A stretch of 64,000 bases of DNA, taken from Paraspadella gotoi. Taxonomy: Eukaryota; Animalia; Chaetognatha. This document shows positions 1 to 12,756 of this stretch, one piece after another. The notes under the pieces are model-generated. The model was not told the origin of the DNA, searched no databases, and saw only the letters and a program-made list of their open reading frames with translations. The stretch spans positions 6,461,552-6,525,551 of the forward strand of contig CM119269.1 of NCBI GenBank assembly GCA_051294375.1. Reading direction: 5' to 3'. The stretch's first letter is position 1; every line of letters starts with the position of its first letter. Both the position numbers and the translations under genes were made by a program.

Positions 1-72
1 CTGCCCGGACGTCCGCTTCTCAGCCTCCCGCTGCTGCGGTGGCAGCTGTTCCTGCTGTATTCTCTGTCGCTG
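1..72 (-). CDS. Possible internal exon of a gene continuing left of the window
   Basis: GC-rich block preceded on the minus strand by a T-run and ctgtcctccgcAG acceptor; open in two frames; product not recognisable. Confidence 0.3.
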
Positions 73-136
73 CTGCGGAGGACAGAAAAAAAAATGATGA
101 CGTCGACGACGACGACTAAGATGACGACAGGGACAC

Positions 137-167
<31 letters not shown>

Positions 168-784
168 CAAAAGGATTCCTCGTCCTCTTTGGCTTTCGTC
201 TCGCTTTTTCTACGACCTTTGAAAAAAACGGAACCAACTTTGAAAGTGACGTCTCGAGTCACGAGAGGCCGCGTCACAACAACAATAACAACAACGACAA
301 CAACAACGAAGGGCACAGTCGCCCCATTTTTTGGGAAGACCCAAGACTTGGAATTTCTTCAATCTTCGTGTGATNNNNNNNNNNACGACCTCTCGACCTT
401 TTTTGACCTCCTTGACCTTGACCATGACCAAGACCCGGATCTTCCCTCGCAAAAAACCGGCCCCGCTCCCGAGGGCGCCGTCGTTTCGAAGGCGCCGCTT
501 TGCATTATCATAACTTTCGGCGTCGTTCTTCTTCTCTTTAAAAAAAAAACCTCGAGACGACGAAGAGAAAAATGAATTTCGTCTGGAGGATTTGGGGTGA
601 ATGACCGGAAGACGCGTGGGCGGTGGAAGGGGTGTTGTACGGGGGTGTTGAGAAAGGCGTTCGGAGAAAAGCGGAGAGAAGTGTTGAAAAATTATTAATG
701 AGTGCGCTGTGAAGGATGTTGATAAGATTTTTTTAACGGTTTTAAGAAATGTAGTAAGTTTGTAAAACGTTTAGAAAAGAAATA

Positions 785-958
785 AAAAGGAAAAGAAAAG
801 AAAAGAAAAGAAAAGAAAAGAAAAGAAAAGAAAAGAAAAGAAAAGAAAAGAAAAGAAAAGAAAAGAAAAGAAAAGAAAAGAAAAAAAAGAAAAGAAAAGA
901 AAAGAAAAGAAAAGAAAAGAAAAGAAAAGAAAAGAAAAGAAAAGAAAAGAAAAGAAAG
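785..958. repeat. (AAAAG)n microsatellite
   Basis: Direct inspection. Confidence 0.95.
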
Positions 959-1619
959 ATAAAGAATGTGATGCGAAGTTGAAATAAACATAATATTTGG
1001 AACCAAACTTATAAAAACGCCTTCATGATCTTTCTCCCTTTTTTCCCCTTCCGAAGCCAAACATAATTTTCCCTCAAACTTTGTCCGAATCCCGGAAATA
1101 ACACGCCCACGCCTGCCGCTTCTATCAGGCGCTGTCGTACCAGGCGCGTCTCTCTCAGAGTCCATGACGATAAACGCGCTTGGCCCATTTTTTTAGAGAT
1201 AAGAGAGCGCGTGAAATGAGGGGAAATCGATAATCGAGATTCTTGTGCACAATGTGAAGTTTGCGGTTGTTCACTATTTGTTCTCACAAACTTGACTTCT
1301 ATTCACTTGTAAAAATGTACGTACAGTCGTACACACGTTCGCGAATTCATTGATAATTATAGAGTATGAGAGATTTTTTTTTCTTGTCTTGGAGCGTAAC
1401 TCAGGCCGAAGTCAATTCTATCGCCATCATTACCGGCGCCCAACGGCCGACGCTGCGCCCTCCTCCACTCCCTGCGCCCTCTACCGGCATCCCCCCGGCC
1501 CTCCACCTCCCGGCAACCAATGACTTTCGATTTGGCGCCAAAAACTTCATTTCCCAGAAATCATCTCAGGCGAAACCTTTGATCTTGGCACGGACGACGA
1601 CGACGACGACGACGACGAC

Positions 1620-1805
1620 GAAGCCATGAGAGATGAAGCCATGAGATGATGCCATGAGAGATGAAGTCATTGTCTGATGACATGAGAAATGAAGTCATGA
1701 GAGATGAAGCCACGAGTCTTTGCCATGAGAGCTGAAGCCATGAGAAACGAAGTCATGAGATGATGACATGAGAGATGAAGCCATGACACACCTACGACCA
1801 TGAGA
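1620..1805. repeat. 15-bp minisatellite (GAAGCCATGAGAGAT)n
   Basis: Direct inspection; degenerate units. Confidence 0.85.
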
Positions 1806-2879
1806 AGCAGATAGCGACGGGGATTTGGGCAAAAGACGACGACGACCACGACGTAAGAATTTCAGCCTCATTCACGATAAAGAAGATGACGACGACGAAA
1901 AACGAAGGCTAATTTTGCAGCAAATCCGTCCTTCGTATTACGAACGACGAAGACGATGATAACGACGATGACAACGACGACGAAGATGACAACGACGAGA
2001 CGATAAAGATAGGAGAGACGAGTACCGCGACGACGATGACGATGACGAAGACGATGAAGATGACGTCGACGAGTGAGNNNNNNNNNNNNNNNNNNNNNNN
2101 NNNNNNNNNNNNNNNNNNNNNNNNNNNNNNNNNNNNNNNNNNNNNNNNNNNNNNNNNNNNNNNNNNNNNNNNNNNNNNNNNNNNNNNNNNNNNNNNNNNN
2201 NNNNNNNNNNNNNNNNNNNNNNNNNNNNNNNNNNNNNNNNNNNNNNNNNNNNNNNNNNNNNNNNNNNNNNNNNNNNNNNNNNNNNNNNNNNNNNNNNNNN
2301 NNNNNNNNNNNNNNNNNNNNNNNNNNNNNNNNNNNNNNNNNNNNNNNNNNNNNNNNNNNNNNNNNNNNNNNNNNNNNNNNNNNNNNNNNNNNNNNNNNNN
2401 NNNNNNNNNNNNNNNNNNNNNNNNNNNNNNNNNNNNNNNNNNNNNNNNNNNNNNNNNNNNNNNNNNNNTCTGTCTTTACTTCTCTTAACTCTTTGAACTC
2501 TTTACTATGATCTCATCTTATCTTTTTCTTTCTTCTTCCTTCCCTGATCTNNNNNNNNNNNNNNNNNNNNNNNNNNNNNNNNNNNNNNNNNNNNNNNNNN
2601 NNNNNNNNNNNNNNNNNNNNNNNNNNNNNNNNNNNNNNNNNNNNNNNNNNNNNNNNNNNNNNNNNNNNNNNNNNNNNNNNNNNNNNNNNNNNNNCAAAAA
2701 TACATTTATTTAGGATTTTATAATTCAGTAGCACCTGTTAAACTTTCTTTAACTTAACAATTTGAGAACATACTACTACATTCGAGGAAAATGATCTTTC
2801 TGTTATCAAGGATCGGACACATTGAGCTATAAACAGAAGCGGCATAAGAGGAAACGAGAAAAGATGGACGGAAAACAAA

Positions 2880-3685
2880 ACAGAAAAAAAAAACAAATAA
2901 AAAAGAAAAAAAACCGAAAGAGAATAATGGAGAAATATGTAGGAGATATTAAAGGAAGAGAATCACAAAAATATGGAAAACATGAGAGACAAAAAAAGAA
3001 AGAGGAATGTTGAGGTCGAGAGAGAAGAGAAATGCAATAAAGAAAAAATGGGAGAGAAAAAAAAGAAGGAAAAAGAAAAGAAAAGGGAAATTAATTTCAT
3101 CGACGGAAAAGGAAAGAGAATAAGGGAGGGAGAGGAGGAGGAGGGAAGGACGAGACCCGTGAGGGACGAGAGAAGAAAGAAAGAAAGAAAGAAAGATGAG
3201 AAATGAAGGAAAACTCATTCGGCCGAATAAAGCGACTCAAATGGCAAAAAATTTTAATCTTTTTTTTTTTTCAATTTTCTTTTTTATGAGTGGCATCGTT
3301 CATTATTAATTAATAGAAGGAAATTAATTCAAGCCGAAATTTTATTATTTAAATTTCAAAGTTCTATTTTAACTCGTCTTGTCTGGCTCGACTTAAAATA
3401 AAATAGAAACAGCAATTGATTAACGCGCTTCATTATTGTGTAGCAGATAAAATTAACCCCAGACTAAATGAACTCTCCGAAAAGGCTTAGTTAAAGGGAA
3501 CAGTTCTCTCGATTTTAAAATTGTATCTCGACGGTAACGAATGATTAACGAGGTTATTGTTACACGAAACAACAACTAACCCCGGATGTTGGCCAAAATC
3601 TTTTTTCTCGTCGACTTTTTATTCGTCGCTTCAATCATATTTTGTCGCTGGCGGATTCCGAGCGAATCTTGATTATTTTTCCACG

Positions 3686-3720
<35 letters not shown>

Positions 3721-4870
3721 AAAGGAGAGACTTCGTAACCTTTGAGAACATCTACTCCTATCCACCCGCTCCACCCACCCATATCATACATCACAGGATC
3801 GGAACACATTGATCCTGAAGTACAGCATATAATATGACAGTTAACATCGAGGAACACTTAGAGAGGAGAAGTCTCGGGAGAAAAGACTATACGAGAGAAG
3901 AAAAAAAAAAAAAAAAAATCAAAATAAAAAGAAAAAAAAAACCGAAAGAGAAATATGGAGAAAAGATATGTTAGGAGATATTAAAGGAAAGAAGAATACA
4001 GCAAAAAGATATGGAAAACTATGAGTGAGACAAAAAAAAAGAAGAGGAATGTTTGAAAAGGGTCGCGACTCGAGAGAAGAGAAATGCAATATAAAAGATA
4101 AGATAAATGGGAGAGAAAAATATAAGAAGGAAAAAAGCAATGCATGAAGAAAAGGGGAAATCCTTAATTTTCATCGACGAAAGTAGTGAAAAGAGAATAC
4201 AAGGGAGGGAGAGGGAGAGAGAGGGGTGAAGGAGAGAGTGAGGGAGAGAAAGGAAAGAAAGAAAAGAAAAGAAAAAGATTCAGAAACGAAGGAAAACTCA
4301 TTCGGGCGCCGAATAAAGCGACTCAATGGCTAAAAACATTTTTATCAAGTTCTTTTTTTTTTTCTCATTTTCTTTTTTACATGAGTGGCATCGTTCATTA
4401 TTAATTAATAGAAAGGAAATTTAATTCAAAGCCGAAATTTTCATTATTTTTAAATTCAAAAGTTGTCTATTTTAAAAAAAAAAACTTTTCTGTCTTGTCC
4501 TGGCCTTCGACCGACTGCTGTAAAAAAATAAAAATAGAAACACGCATTGATGTGAAACGCGCTTCATTATTGTGGTAGACAGATCAAAATTAAACCCCAG
4601 ACTAAAGTGAACTCCGTCCGAAACAAAGGCTTGATTTAGAAAGGGAACAGTTCTCCCATCCGATTTTATAAATTACGTATGCTGCGACGGTAATTCGAAT
4701 GATTAAACGAGGTTTATTTGTACACGAAACAACAACTAAACACAGGCCCGGATCGTTGGTCCATAAATCTTTTTTTTCTCCGTGACTTTTATTCGTCGCT
4801 TAATTCAATATTTGTCGCTGTGCGGATTTCCGAGCGAATCTTGATTATTTTTTCCCTACGCCAGAGAGAG
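2880..4870. repeat. Tandem duplication of about 830 bp (2880-3720 vs 3915-4870); second copy indel-ridden
   Basis: Same sequence order; copy 2 differs mostly by many single-base insertions and is flanked by N gaps. Confidence 0.85.
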
Positions 4871-6527
4871 GAGAGACGAGAGAGAGAAGAAAAAGGAGAG
4901 AGAGAGAAAAGAGAGAGCGAGGAGAAGAGAGAGAGAGAGGAGAAGAGAGAGANNNNNNNNNNNNNNNNNNNNNNNNNAGAGAGAGAGAGAGAGAGAGAGA
5001 GAGAGCAAGAAACGCAGCCGTGTTTTTCGCTTTGACGAATAATCTTTACAGCTTCCGTTTTCTGTCGAGAAATAAGAAGGAATAAAAAGCTAAAAGACAA
5101 ATTGGAAAAAAGAGGGAGAATTTCCTCGGTTCGTTGGGCGGAAGACATGAAATCAGGAGCTGCGTCTCGCTCTCTCTAGATCCGCTTCCAGCAAAGTCGC
5201 CTTGATCTGCTGACGACGGGAAAAAAAAGCCTGGAATGAGACTCACCCCTGATCCCTACCTTCGAAAGTCTTCGCTCACTTACCTTTTTCAAGACTCCTT
5301 CCCCCCCCCCGACCGCTCGATGTTTTCTTTTCCTCGCCTTTGAAATTCGGTGAGGAAGAATTCGAGGTTAAATCAAACGGAGAAAATATTTTTTTTTGTG
5401 GAGAATTTGGAGGAAAGAAAAGGAGAGGAGGAAAGGAAAGAATAGGAGGAAACAAAAGAATACGTGAGGAAACAAAAGGAAAGGAGAGTGAAAACGATTT
5501 TAGGCGGTGAAAGAAACGATAAAGAAAATTAGAAAAAGAGGGGAGACCGAAAAGGTTAAACTAGGAAATAAATTAAATGGGATATGGATTGAAAGCAAAC
5601 AAATACAAAATATTTAAAACTGCTTAAAAACGTAGGAACAAAAGTTGTGAGATCTTCGGTAGGAATATAGAGAATCAGTCGGACAGATAGTACTAAAAGA
5701 GATATCTATTTTCTTAAAATAAATTTTAATTCGTGCGTTTTTTAATTTGTTTCTTTTCGTTTTTTTAAATAAATATAAACAGATTCTTCATTCCGTTTTT
5801 CTTTTTTTTTTTTAAAGAATCAGAGATTTTTAAAATTTTTTTTAAAAACTTGAAAAGTTTAAAAAAAGGAACGAGAAATAAAATTCTGTCAGGAAAGCGA
5901 AGTCAGAAAAGCAAAAATAAAATTTAAAATCGAATGCATTTTTTTTATTTATTTCGATTCGAATGGAAAACGAAACTTGCCGGAAAGCGAAACAGTTTTG
6001 CGAAACAGTTTTGCTAAACACTAGGAAACACGACGAGGTCCAAGTTCACGTGTCGAAGGTGAAAGAAAAACAAAACTGAGTAAAGAAAACAGAAACAAAA
6101 TTGATTTTCAAACTTACCTTAACTTCACTGAGCTTATTCTCCATAAAAATAAATCGAGTTTCTCTGAAAATATCTTTTCTTTCCATCGATGAAGTTTGTT
6201 AATTAAAATTTAAAGATATTATTACGCAGTGAAGTTTTTCATATGTACTTTCAATTTCTAGAGAAAAATGTACTATTTTTATAGCAAAAACACAGTGAGT
6301 CTGACCCGAAGAGGGTCGTTTCGAAAAGAGAAAAACGGATCTCAAAGGAGAGAGAAGAAAAGAGAAGAAGAAAAATGAGAGGAAAAAAGAAGAAAAAGAG
6401 AAGAGTTCAAGAAAAGAAAAAAAAAGATAAGAAGCGAAAAGGCGTTTTTGATTCTCAGGTGGCGAACCTTACATCTTTTTTACTTTTTATTTACACCGAG
6501 AGAGAGAGAGAGAAAGAGAAAAAGAGA

Positions 6528-6623
<96 letters not shown>

Positions 6624-7226
6624 TAGATATAAATACGTAGAAAAACCTTGTTAGAAACAACTTGGAGAACGTACTTTGAGGTATGAAGTCGATAGGTAAA
6701 AGAAACAGCTCGTTCCATGAGTTGCACCGCTGTGACTTTCTTATCTCTTCTAACGACGTTATGTCGACGCATTTTCCGATGATCACATGATTACGCATGT
6801 ATATAAATTATCCAATATCCACATCATGCTTCTCATGTTTTAAAGTAATTTACTAAATTAACCAAAAGTTAAAAAAAAATTGTTTTTACTGATGACGTGA
6901 CCGCATCACTAGAGAATTTTATTTAAAAAAAGGAAATCATTGGAAAAAAAAAACGATGGTCCCGGTCACATCAATCTCTCCACAGTAGTTATCGCCGCGA
7001 CTTTCACTTCACCACACGTAAAAACCTCAAAGACGCCACACACAAATTTTAAGAAAAAAGAAAAGAAAATTAAAAAAAAAAAAAAAAAACCCGCTCTTTT
7101 TCTTTCTCTCTCCCTCTTGAGTCGCCGGCCGTCCGTCGTGGCGAGACTCGTACGGGGGGGGAGGGGGGGGCTGAAAAAAAAATTGCGTGACTTGCGTAAA
7201 AAAAAAAAGGGGATGTCGGTCGGTCG

Positions 7227-7458
7227 GGAATTGAGATTAGATTCTGGAATTGAGTATTCAGATTCTGGAAATTGGAAGATTATTGAGATTCTGGGAAATT
7301 GAGTGGATTAGATTGCTGGAATTAGAGCTTAGATTTTCCTGGAATTGGAGATGTAGATTCTGGAATTGAGATTAGATTCTGGGAAATTGAGGATTAGGTT
7401 TCCTGGAAATAAGCTGAATGAATTAGATTCTTGGAATAGAGATTAGATTCTTAGGAAT
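7227..7458. repeat. About 20-bp minisatellite (GGAATTGAGATTAGATTCT)n
   Basis: Direct inspection; indel-noisy units. Confidence 0.85.
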
Positions 7459-10048
7459 TTCGGCGAGAGGTGGCGGAGCCTTTTGAGGGGGAAAAGGTGA
7501 AGGGGTGGGAGAGGGGTGAGGCTAAGTGGATCCAACTGGCAGGGGAGGTTAAGGAGGAGGAGTGGTAACGGTGGGAGGCGGGGGTAGGCGGTGGGGGAAG
7601 ATGAATATTGGCAAAGGGTGGACTACGAGGGCTAGTTATTTCCGTCGTAGTTACATTATCGACGGGTCGAAACATCAATGCAAGGTACCTCTCGCGCTCT
7701 GTCGTCGCGTCGTCTCGTCGTGAGGCCAAAATAAAAACAAAAAAAAAAAAAAAAAAAAAATTTCTCTATAAAAATCGTTTACGCGCAATTGGCTCTGAGG
7801 ATGAAATTTCCTCTTTTCATGGACAAGTCTGACGGCTCGATATTTCCCTGCTCAAAAAGTGAATCGTAAAAAAAATTAAAAAATTAAAAAAAAAAAACGA
7901 GACGAGTCCTCACTTTTCCGACGTTCCTTCGGTGGAGCCTCGGTTTCCATTCGTTCCGCGGTGCCGAGCTCCAGCTTTTTTTTAATGAATCTTCGCAGTC
8001 TTTGCGCCAAATTGAGTGAGTCAATTTCGAGATATCGGATATTAGGTCACGAGGTGAATTGCGTCTAGCGTGTATCGGGATATGGGGAGCTGGGCCGAGA
8101 AGCAGAAGAGAGTAGAGAGAGCAGAGGAGAGAGAGAGAGGGAGAAGAGTAGAGCGCGCATTTGATGGCGAGACAAGGGCGCGGCGAGGCTCGTTNNNNNN
8201 NNNNNNNNNNNNNNNNNNNGAGAGAGAGAGAGAGAGAGAGAGTGGAAAAAGATATTCCCTTCCTCCTTTTTTAACTTCGCATTTTGAAGGAAATTCTTTT
8301 TCTCCTTCCTTTTTTTTGGTTACGGCACAATTTCGTGGGGAAAATCTGAAGTTGTGACGAGTTGAGCCGCATCACGCCTCACATGCGTTATCATCGTTTT
8401 CTCTCACAACATGTTAAATTTGCAGGTTCTTCCCTAAAGCGGGACATTTTGACATTTTGACATTTTTATTCATTTAATCACTTTAAATTTGACAGACTTG
8501 CAAGATTTCGTTGAATCTTAAAAAATAGAATTGCCAGTCGAGGCGATTTGGATTAAAACTTGACCCAATTTATTTCATTGACTTGGGTTATTAATCAGTC
8601 AGAATTTATGGGGTTGGTCTCATCAATGTCCCAACCGATTTCTTAAACTTAATTTTCAAAAAAACTTGTTTCCATGGAAACCAGAACGCTCAAAGTTCTC
8701 GTAAAGACGATTCCGCCGAAACCGAAACTCGCGACTTCGTCCCATTTGCATAAATCAAAAATCCCGGCGACCGAGAAAATTCCGGAAAATGGAGGGAAAA
8801 AAAAGATGAATAAATAACGAGAGAAGATAAACAGTAACGCGACGCCGCCGCCGCCGACGCGGCAGAGACGCCGCCGACGCCGACATTCTAGTTCGGCCTC
8901 TGAATCTCGAGACGATCTCGGCTAAAAATCCTCACTGCGATTAGTGATTAGCATTGGATTCACAGAAGAACGCCGAGGGCGATTTGTGTCGGCATTGCAA
9001 TTTTCATGGCAGATGGTTTGCCGGAACTAGAATCCAAAAGAAAAAAAAAAAGACCAAAGTCGGGAGAGAAAAAGTTTCGCTCTAAATTCTCCGTTCCAAA
9101 AATTCGATCCTCTTGTTTGTTACCTCCGACGCACAAAAAAATTGCGGTCTTCCTTGGAAGGCGTGCGGGGGGAGGTGGGGGGGGAGGTGGATGGGATGGG
9201 AAACGGTGTGAGAGGTGTGAGTCAGGGAGGTGTGAATGAAAAACATGCAGATTCAAAGAGAGAGAGAGAGAGAGAGATAGAGACGAGAGATGAGAGAGAG
9301 ACGAGATGAGAGAGAGAGAGACGAGAGAGATGAAGAGAGGGAGGGGGGTTAGTGTAGCATACATCTCTCAATTAAGTTATAAGTTTCAGTTTGTTAAATT
9401 AAAGTAAAATTACCTACCGAATTAAAATATTAAATTTAAAACGAGAGAGAAATTTTGAAGCTTTGGACTTTTTTTACTTCTTTTAACCTTCACTTGCTCT
9501 ACCATATATTCAATTTGATAAATATTTAAAAAAATGATTCAATTTTTTTTTTTGCGGGAAATCGTTTCAAATTTCCAAAGGCGAGGTGAAAACCGTCAAT
9601 TCCATGGAAGGAAACTAAACTCACTTGTGAGTGAATGTGAAATCACTTCGATGTGAAAATCATAGTAAAATAACTGCTTTAAGATTGAAAGGCGATGACT
9701 TTGCAGAAGAAAAAAAGGAGAATAATTAACTCATATGATTAGTTTAGCTTCAGCCTTGCCGGTTCGAGGCCTTGAAGTGACTAATGCTGCAATTTTTCAA
9801 TGTCGCGATTCAAGGCAATCAATGTTATCGAGCAGATAAAAAAAAAATCCTTTTTCAATGCTGCCTTCCACCACTGAGGTTCTTTTGAATAAAATGATCG
9901 AAAGCAACTGACCAAAACTGACGACGACGACGACGACGACGACTAAAATTGATCCGCAAAAATCTCTTTCCACAATTCATTCGACGTTTAAGCCTTCTTC
10001 GTCACTCGCTCTCGTTAACGAGGAAAAAAATGCTTTTCTCTTTCTTGG

Positions 10049-10106
<58 letters not shown>

Positions 10107-10708
10107 CAAAAAGAACAGAGAAATCAGAGTGTCATAAAAAAAAATCTTTTTGGATCCATTAAAAAAATCTTTTAGTTTTTTAGAAAAAAAAAGAAGAAAA
10201 AAATCATTTCTTTTGTTTTAAAAAAAAAGAAGAAAAAGATTTTTGGTTTCTCAAATCTCCAGAGACGAAATCGATCATTGTCATGGACGCCGACTTTCGG
10301 GGATCGAACGGCGCTATATGGAACCGATGGCGCCAGGCGACGCCAAAATGAGAGAAAATGGCGCGCCGCTTTTAAAGGCGCTGGATGAAATAGTACAGAA
10401 TGGATCTGAGAGGAAAAGAGGATGAAATTGCCAAAAAATAGCTGAGATCGAAAATTGTAGGAAATGGCACCGAATGAAAAACCGAAAAAAAAAAACCGAA
10501 TGAAAGTTTTTAATGTCCGAAAATCGAATTTTCAAGATGTTTAACGCTGTAGTTTTTGTATTTCGGACGTTCCAAGGCTTCCTCCGTTGCGGTCAGAAAC
10601 GGTTGCAATATTAAGAAGCGATGCTGTTGGACGAAGCACCGAATGAAGCGAATAACGAAGTCAAACGCCAAAGTTGGAGTGGGCTTCTCCCGCTGATGGC
10701 AATGATCG

Positions 10709-10900
10709 TCTCCAGAATGATGGGGCCGATCCTCTCCAGCATGATGGGGCCGATCCTTCTCCAGCCATGATGGGGCGTCCTCTCCAGCATGATAGGGGCC
10801 GATTTTCTCCAGCATCATGGGGCCGATCCTCTCAGCATGAATGGGGCCCGATTCTTCTTCCAGCATCATGGGGCCGATCCTCTCCAGCATGATGGGGCCG
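10709..10900. repeat. 24-bp minisatellite (ATGATGGGGCCGATCCTCTCCAGC)n
   Basis: About 8 units with indels. Confidence 0.88.
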
Positions 10901-11230
10901 GCAGAATCCATAATAATAATCTTTCCATCGGCAGAAACAAAAATCTCTGCGCGGTTTTTTATGGTTTTATAGTCGGTGACAAACTGAATTATTAATCCAA
11001 GGAAAACAAATAAATCTTGGAAAATGGAAATAAATCCTTGGAAAAAAGTCCTTTGGTTCTGTGATTGCACAGTCTCACCGCTGCACGATCTTATATAGAG
11101 TAAACGAGCCCGACTCTCAACTTTCTCTCTGTATCCTCTTTCTAAGCCGATTGACTTACCCATCTTGTTTTCTCAAGCTATGGACTCAGGGCCTGAGAAC
11201 CAGGCTGGAGTGATTCCAGAATGAGGGATT

Positions 11231-11570
11231 GGAATGGAAAGGGACGGGAATTATGTTATGAGTTATGGCACTGCTCTCTCCCATCGCCGAATCCTGATTG
11301 GTCAATATGGAACCGGAATCGACCAATCAGCTTTCAGAATCATTGGATCTGTAAAACTCACTCTTTACCAGCGATCCTCTTCTCTCGTTATAAATAGACC
11401 TAATTTGTCTTAGTTTCAGTAGCATTGAACAAGACTCCTGCGTGTGTATCAACGTCATCAATATTCTCAGAATAAAATCTCATCTTGATTTCGCCCATAG
11501 AAATCCACGAGTTTTTTCCTTAAATGTGGTGGCAGCGGTGCGACTCGAACCCACGCCTTCGAAGAGACTG
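11231..11570 (+). mobile_element. LTR-like retroelement end: PPT, LTR, then long antisense tRNA-Leu tail
   Basis: Purine tract 11231-11250, TG start 11254, CCAAT 11323, TATAAATA 11389, AATAAA 11471, then 11527-11570 = reverse complement of the 3' 44 nt of mature tRNA-Leu(AAG/TAG type) including CCA. Second copy at 48303-48454. Confidence 0.75.
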
Positions 11571-12044
11571 CTACATTGTAGCAGTGCTACAATAATGTAC
11601 AAATTGCCTTTTGGCAAACCGACGACGACCACCTTGCCAGTATTTCTAATGCACTCAACCCCGATATATCTCACCTCAACCTCTTCTCCCCGAAACATTA
11701 ACTTCTTCCCCTTTTCGTTTTTAGCCATAACCGATATTCTTAACATCTTCCCGTCCATTTGAGTTCGCGTTAACCTTTTTTTCCTCGCCACCTCCCCACT
11801 TCCATTCGACCCACGACCCTCTCTTCAAACCACTCGCCTTCACTACAACGTCCGTCAACCCTACGGCCGACACAACCATGTCGCCACCCCTGGGCCCTCG
11901 CTCACACTCCACGTCCCCGCCACTCTTTCACCAACCCGGGGCCACCCCCAAATCTTTCTCGCCAGCGGCGTTGGGGAGAGGTGACACTCGTTAACGTTAC
12001 TTTCCTCTTTCCTTTTGTCCCACGGCGCAAACAAGAGCGAAGCT

Positions 12045-12255
12045 GAAAGGCGAATCCTGAAAGGCGAAATACGAATTACGAAGGGCGAAAGGTAAGAGAC
12101 GAAAGGCGAAGGGCGAAATGCGAAAGGCGAAAGGCAAGAAACTAAAGGCGAAAGGCGAAAGGCGAAAGGCGAAATACGAAAGGCGAAAGGCAAAAGGCAA
12201 GAGACGAAAGGCGAAAGGCGAAATACGAAAGACGAAAAGCGAAAAGCGAAAAGCG
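12045..12255. repeat. 7-bp repeat (GAAAGGC)n
   Basis: Direct inspection. Confidence 0.85.
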
Positions 12256-12398
12256 TCTTCACATTTATGTAAGAATGTCGTACTTTTCCCTTTTTTTCGT
12301 CTCATTGTACTTACATAATTGATTGTACCAATTGGTTGTACCAATTGGTTATGCCAATTGGTTGTACCAATTGGTTGTACCAATTTCATAATTGTAAT

Positions 12399-12756
12399 GA
12401 AATTGGTACAACCAATATAAAAATTATCCATTCATTTAATAAATAAGCTATCTTGCCCCTGACTTTGGACAGGCTTTGGTGGTTTAAGGCCTCCATCACT
12501 CTTACAAGATAATGACATAGCAGGTCCCTGCAAGCTTTCAATCAAGACTCTTTCACAGTCTCGTTTATTCACTCCCAGAGTACCTGGCTTCCCTATCAAT
12601 GAAGTGGTATAATATTTCAAAGAATGTTTCAATTGTATGAAAAGACCACTCCCTTAAGTATTAGATCGGGGAATACTTATTGTACTCCGCACTAGCATCA
12701 AAATACAAGGAGCTGAATTTTATGAAATTGGTACAACCAATATAAAAGTTATCCAT
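12399..12756 (+). mobile_element. Dispersed 325-bp repeat family A, copy 1 (monomer plus start of next unit)
   Basis: GAAATTGGTACAACCAATATAAAA recurs at 12399 and 12724 (period 325); near-identical to 23601-24016. Confidence 0.9.

Noticed and set aside
2880-4870. Tandem duplication as a biological event
   Set aside because: Copy 2 differs almost only by scattered single-base insertions and sits between N gaps, which is typical of an unpolished long-read gap fill or haplotype overlap.
5240-5284. Cluster of three minus-strand donor-like motifs
   Set aside because: No identifiable coding exon or acceptor could be attached; may belong to an untranslated exon but is unsupported.
6500-6620. ER- and SL-repeat ORFs here and throughout the window
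   Set aside because: Translations of (GA)n/(CT)n microsatellites.
11527-11570. Functional tRNA-Leu gene (also 48303-48337)
   Set aside because: Only the 3' half is present, CCA is encoded and there is no A box; treated as part of a retroelement.
12432-12632. 66-aa ORF repeated at 23634-23834
   Set aside because: Lies within non-coding repeat family A, starts at TTG and has no recognisable domain; its conservation reflects recent copying.
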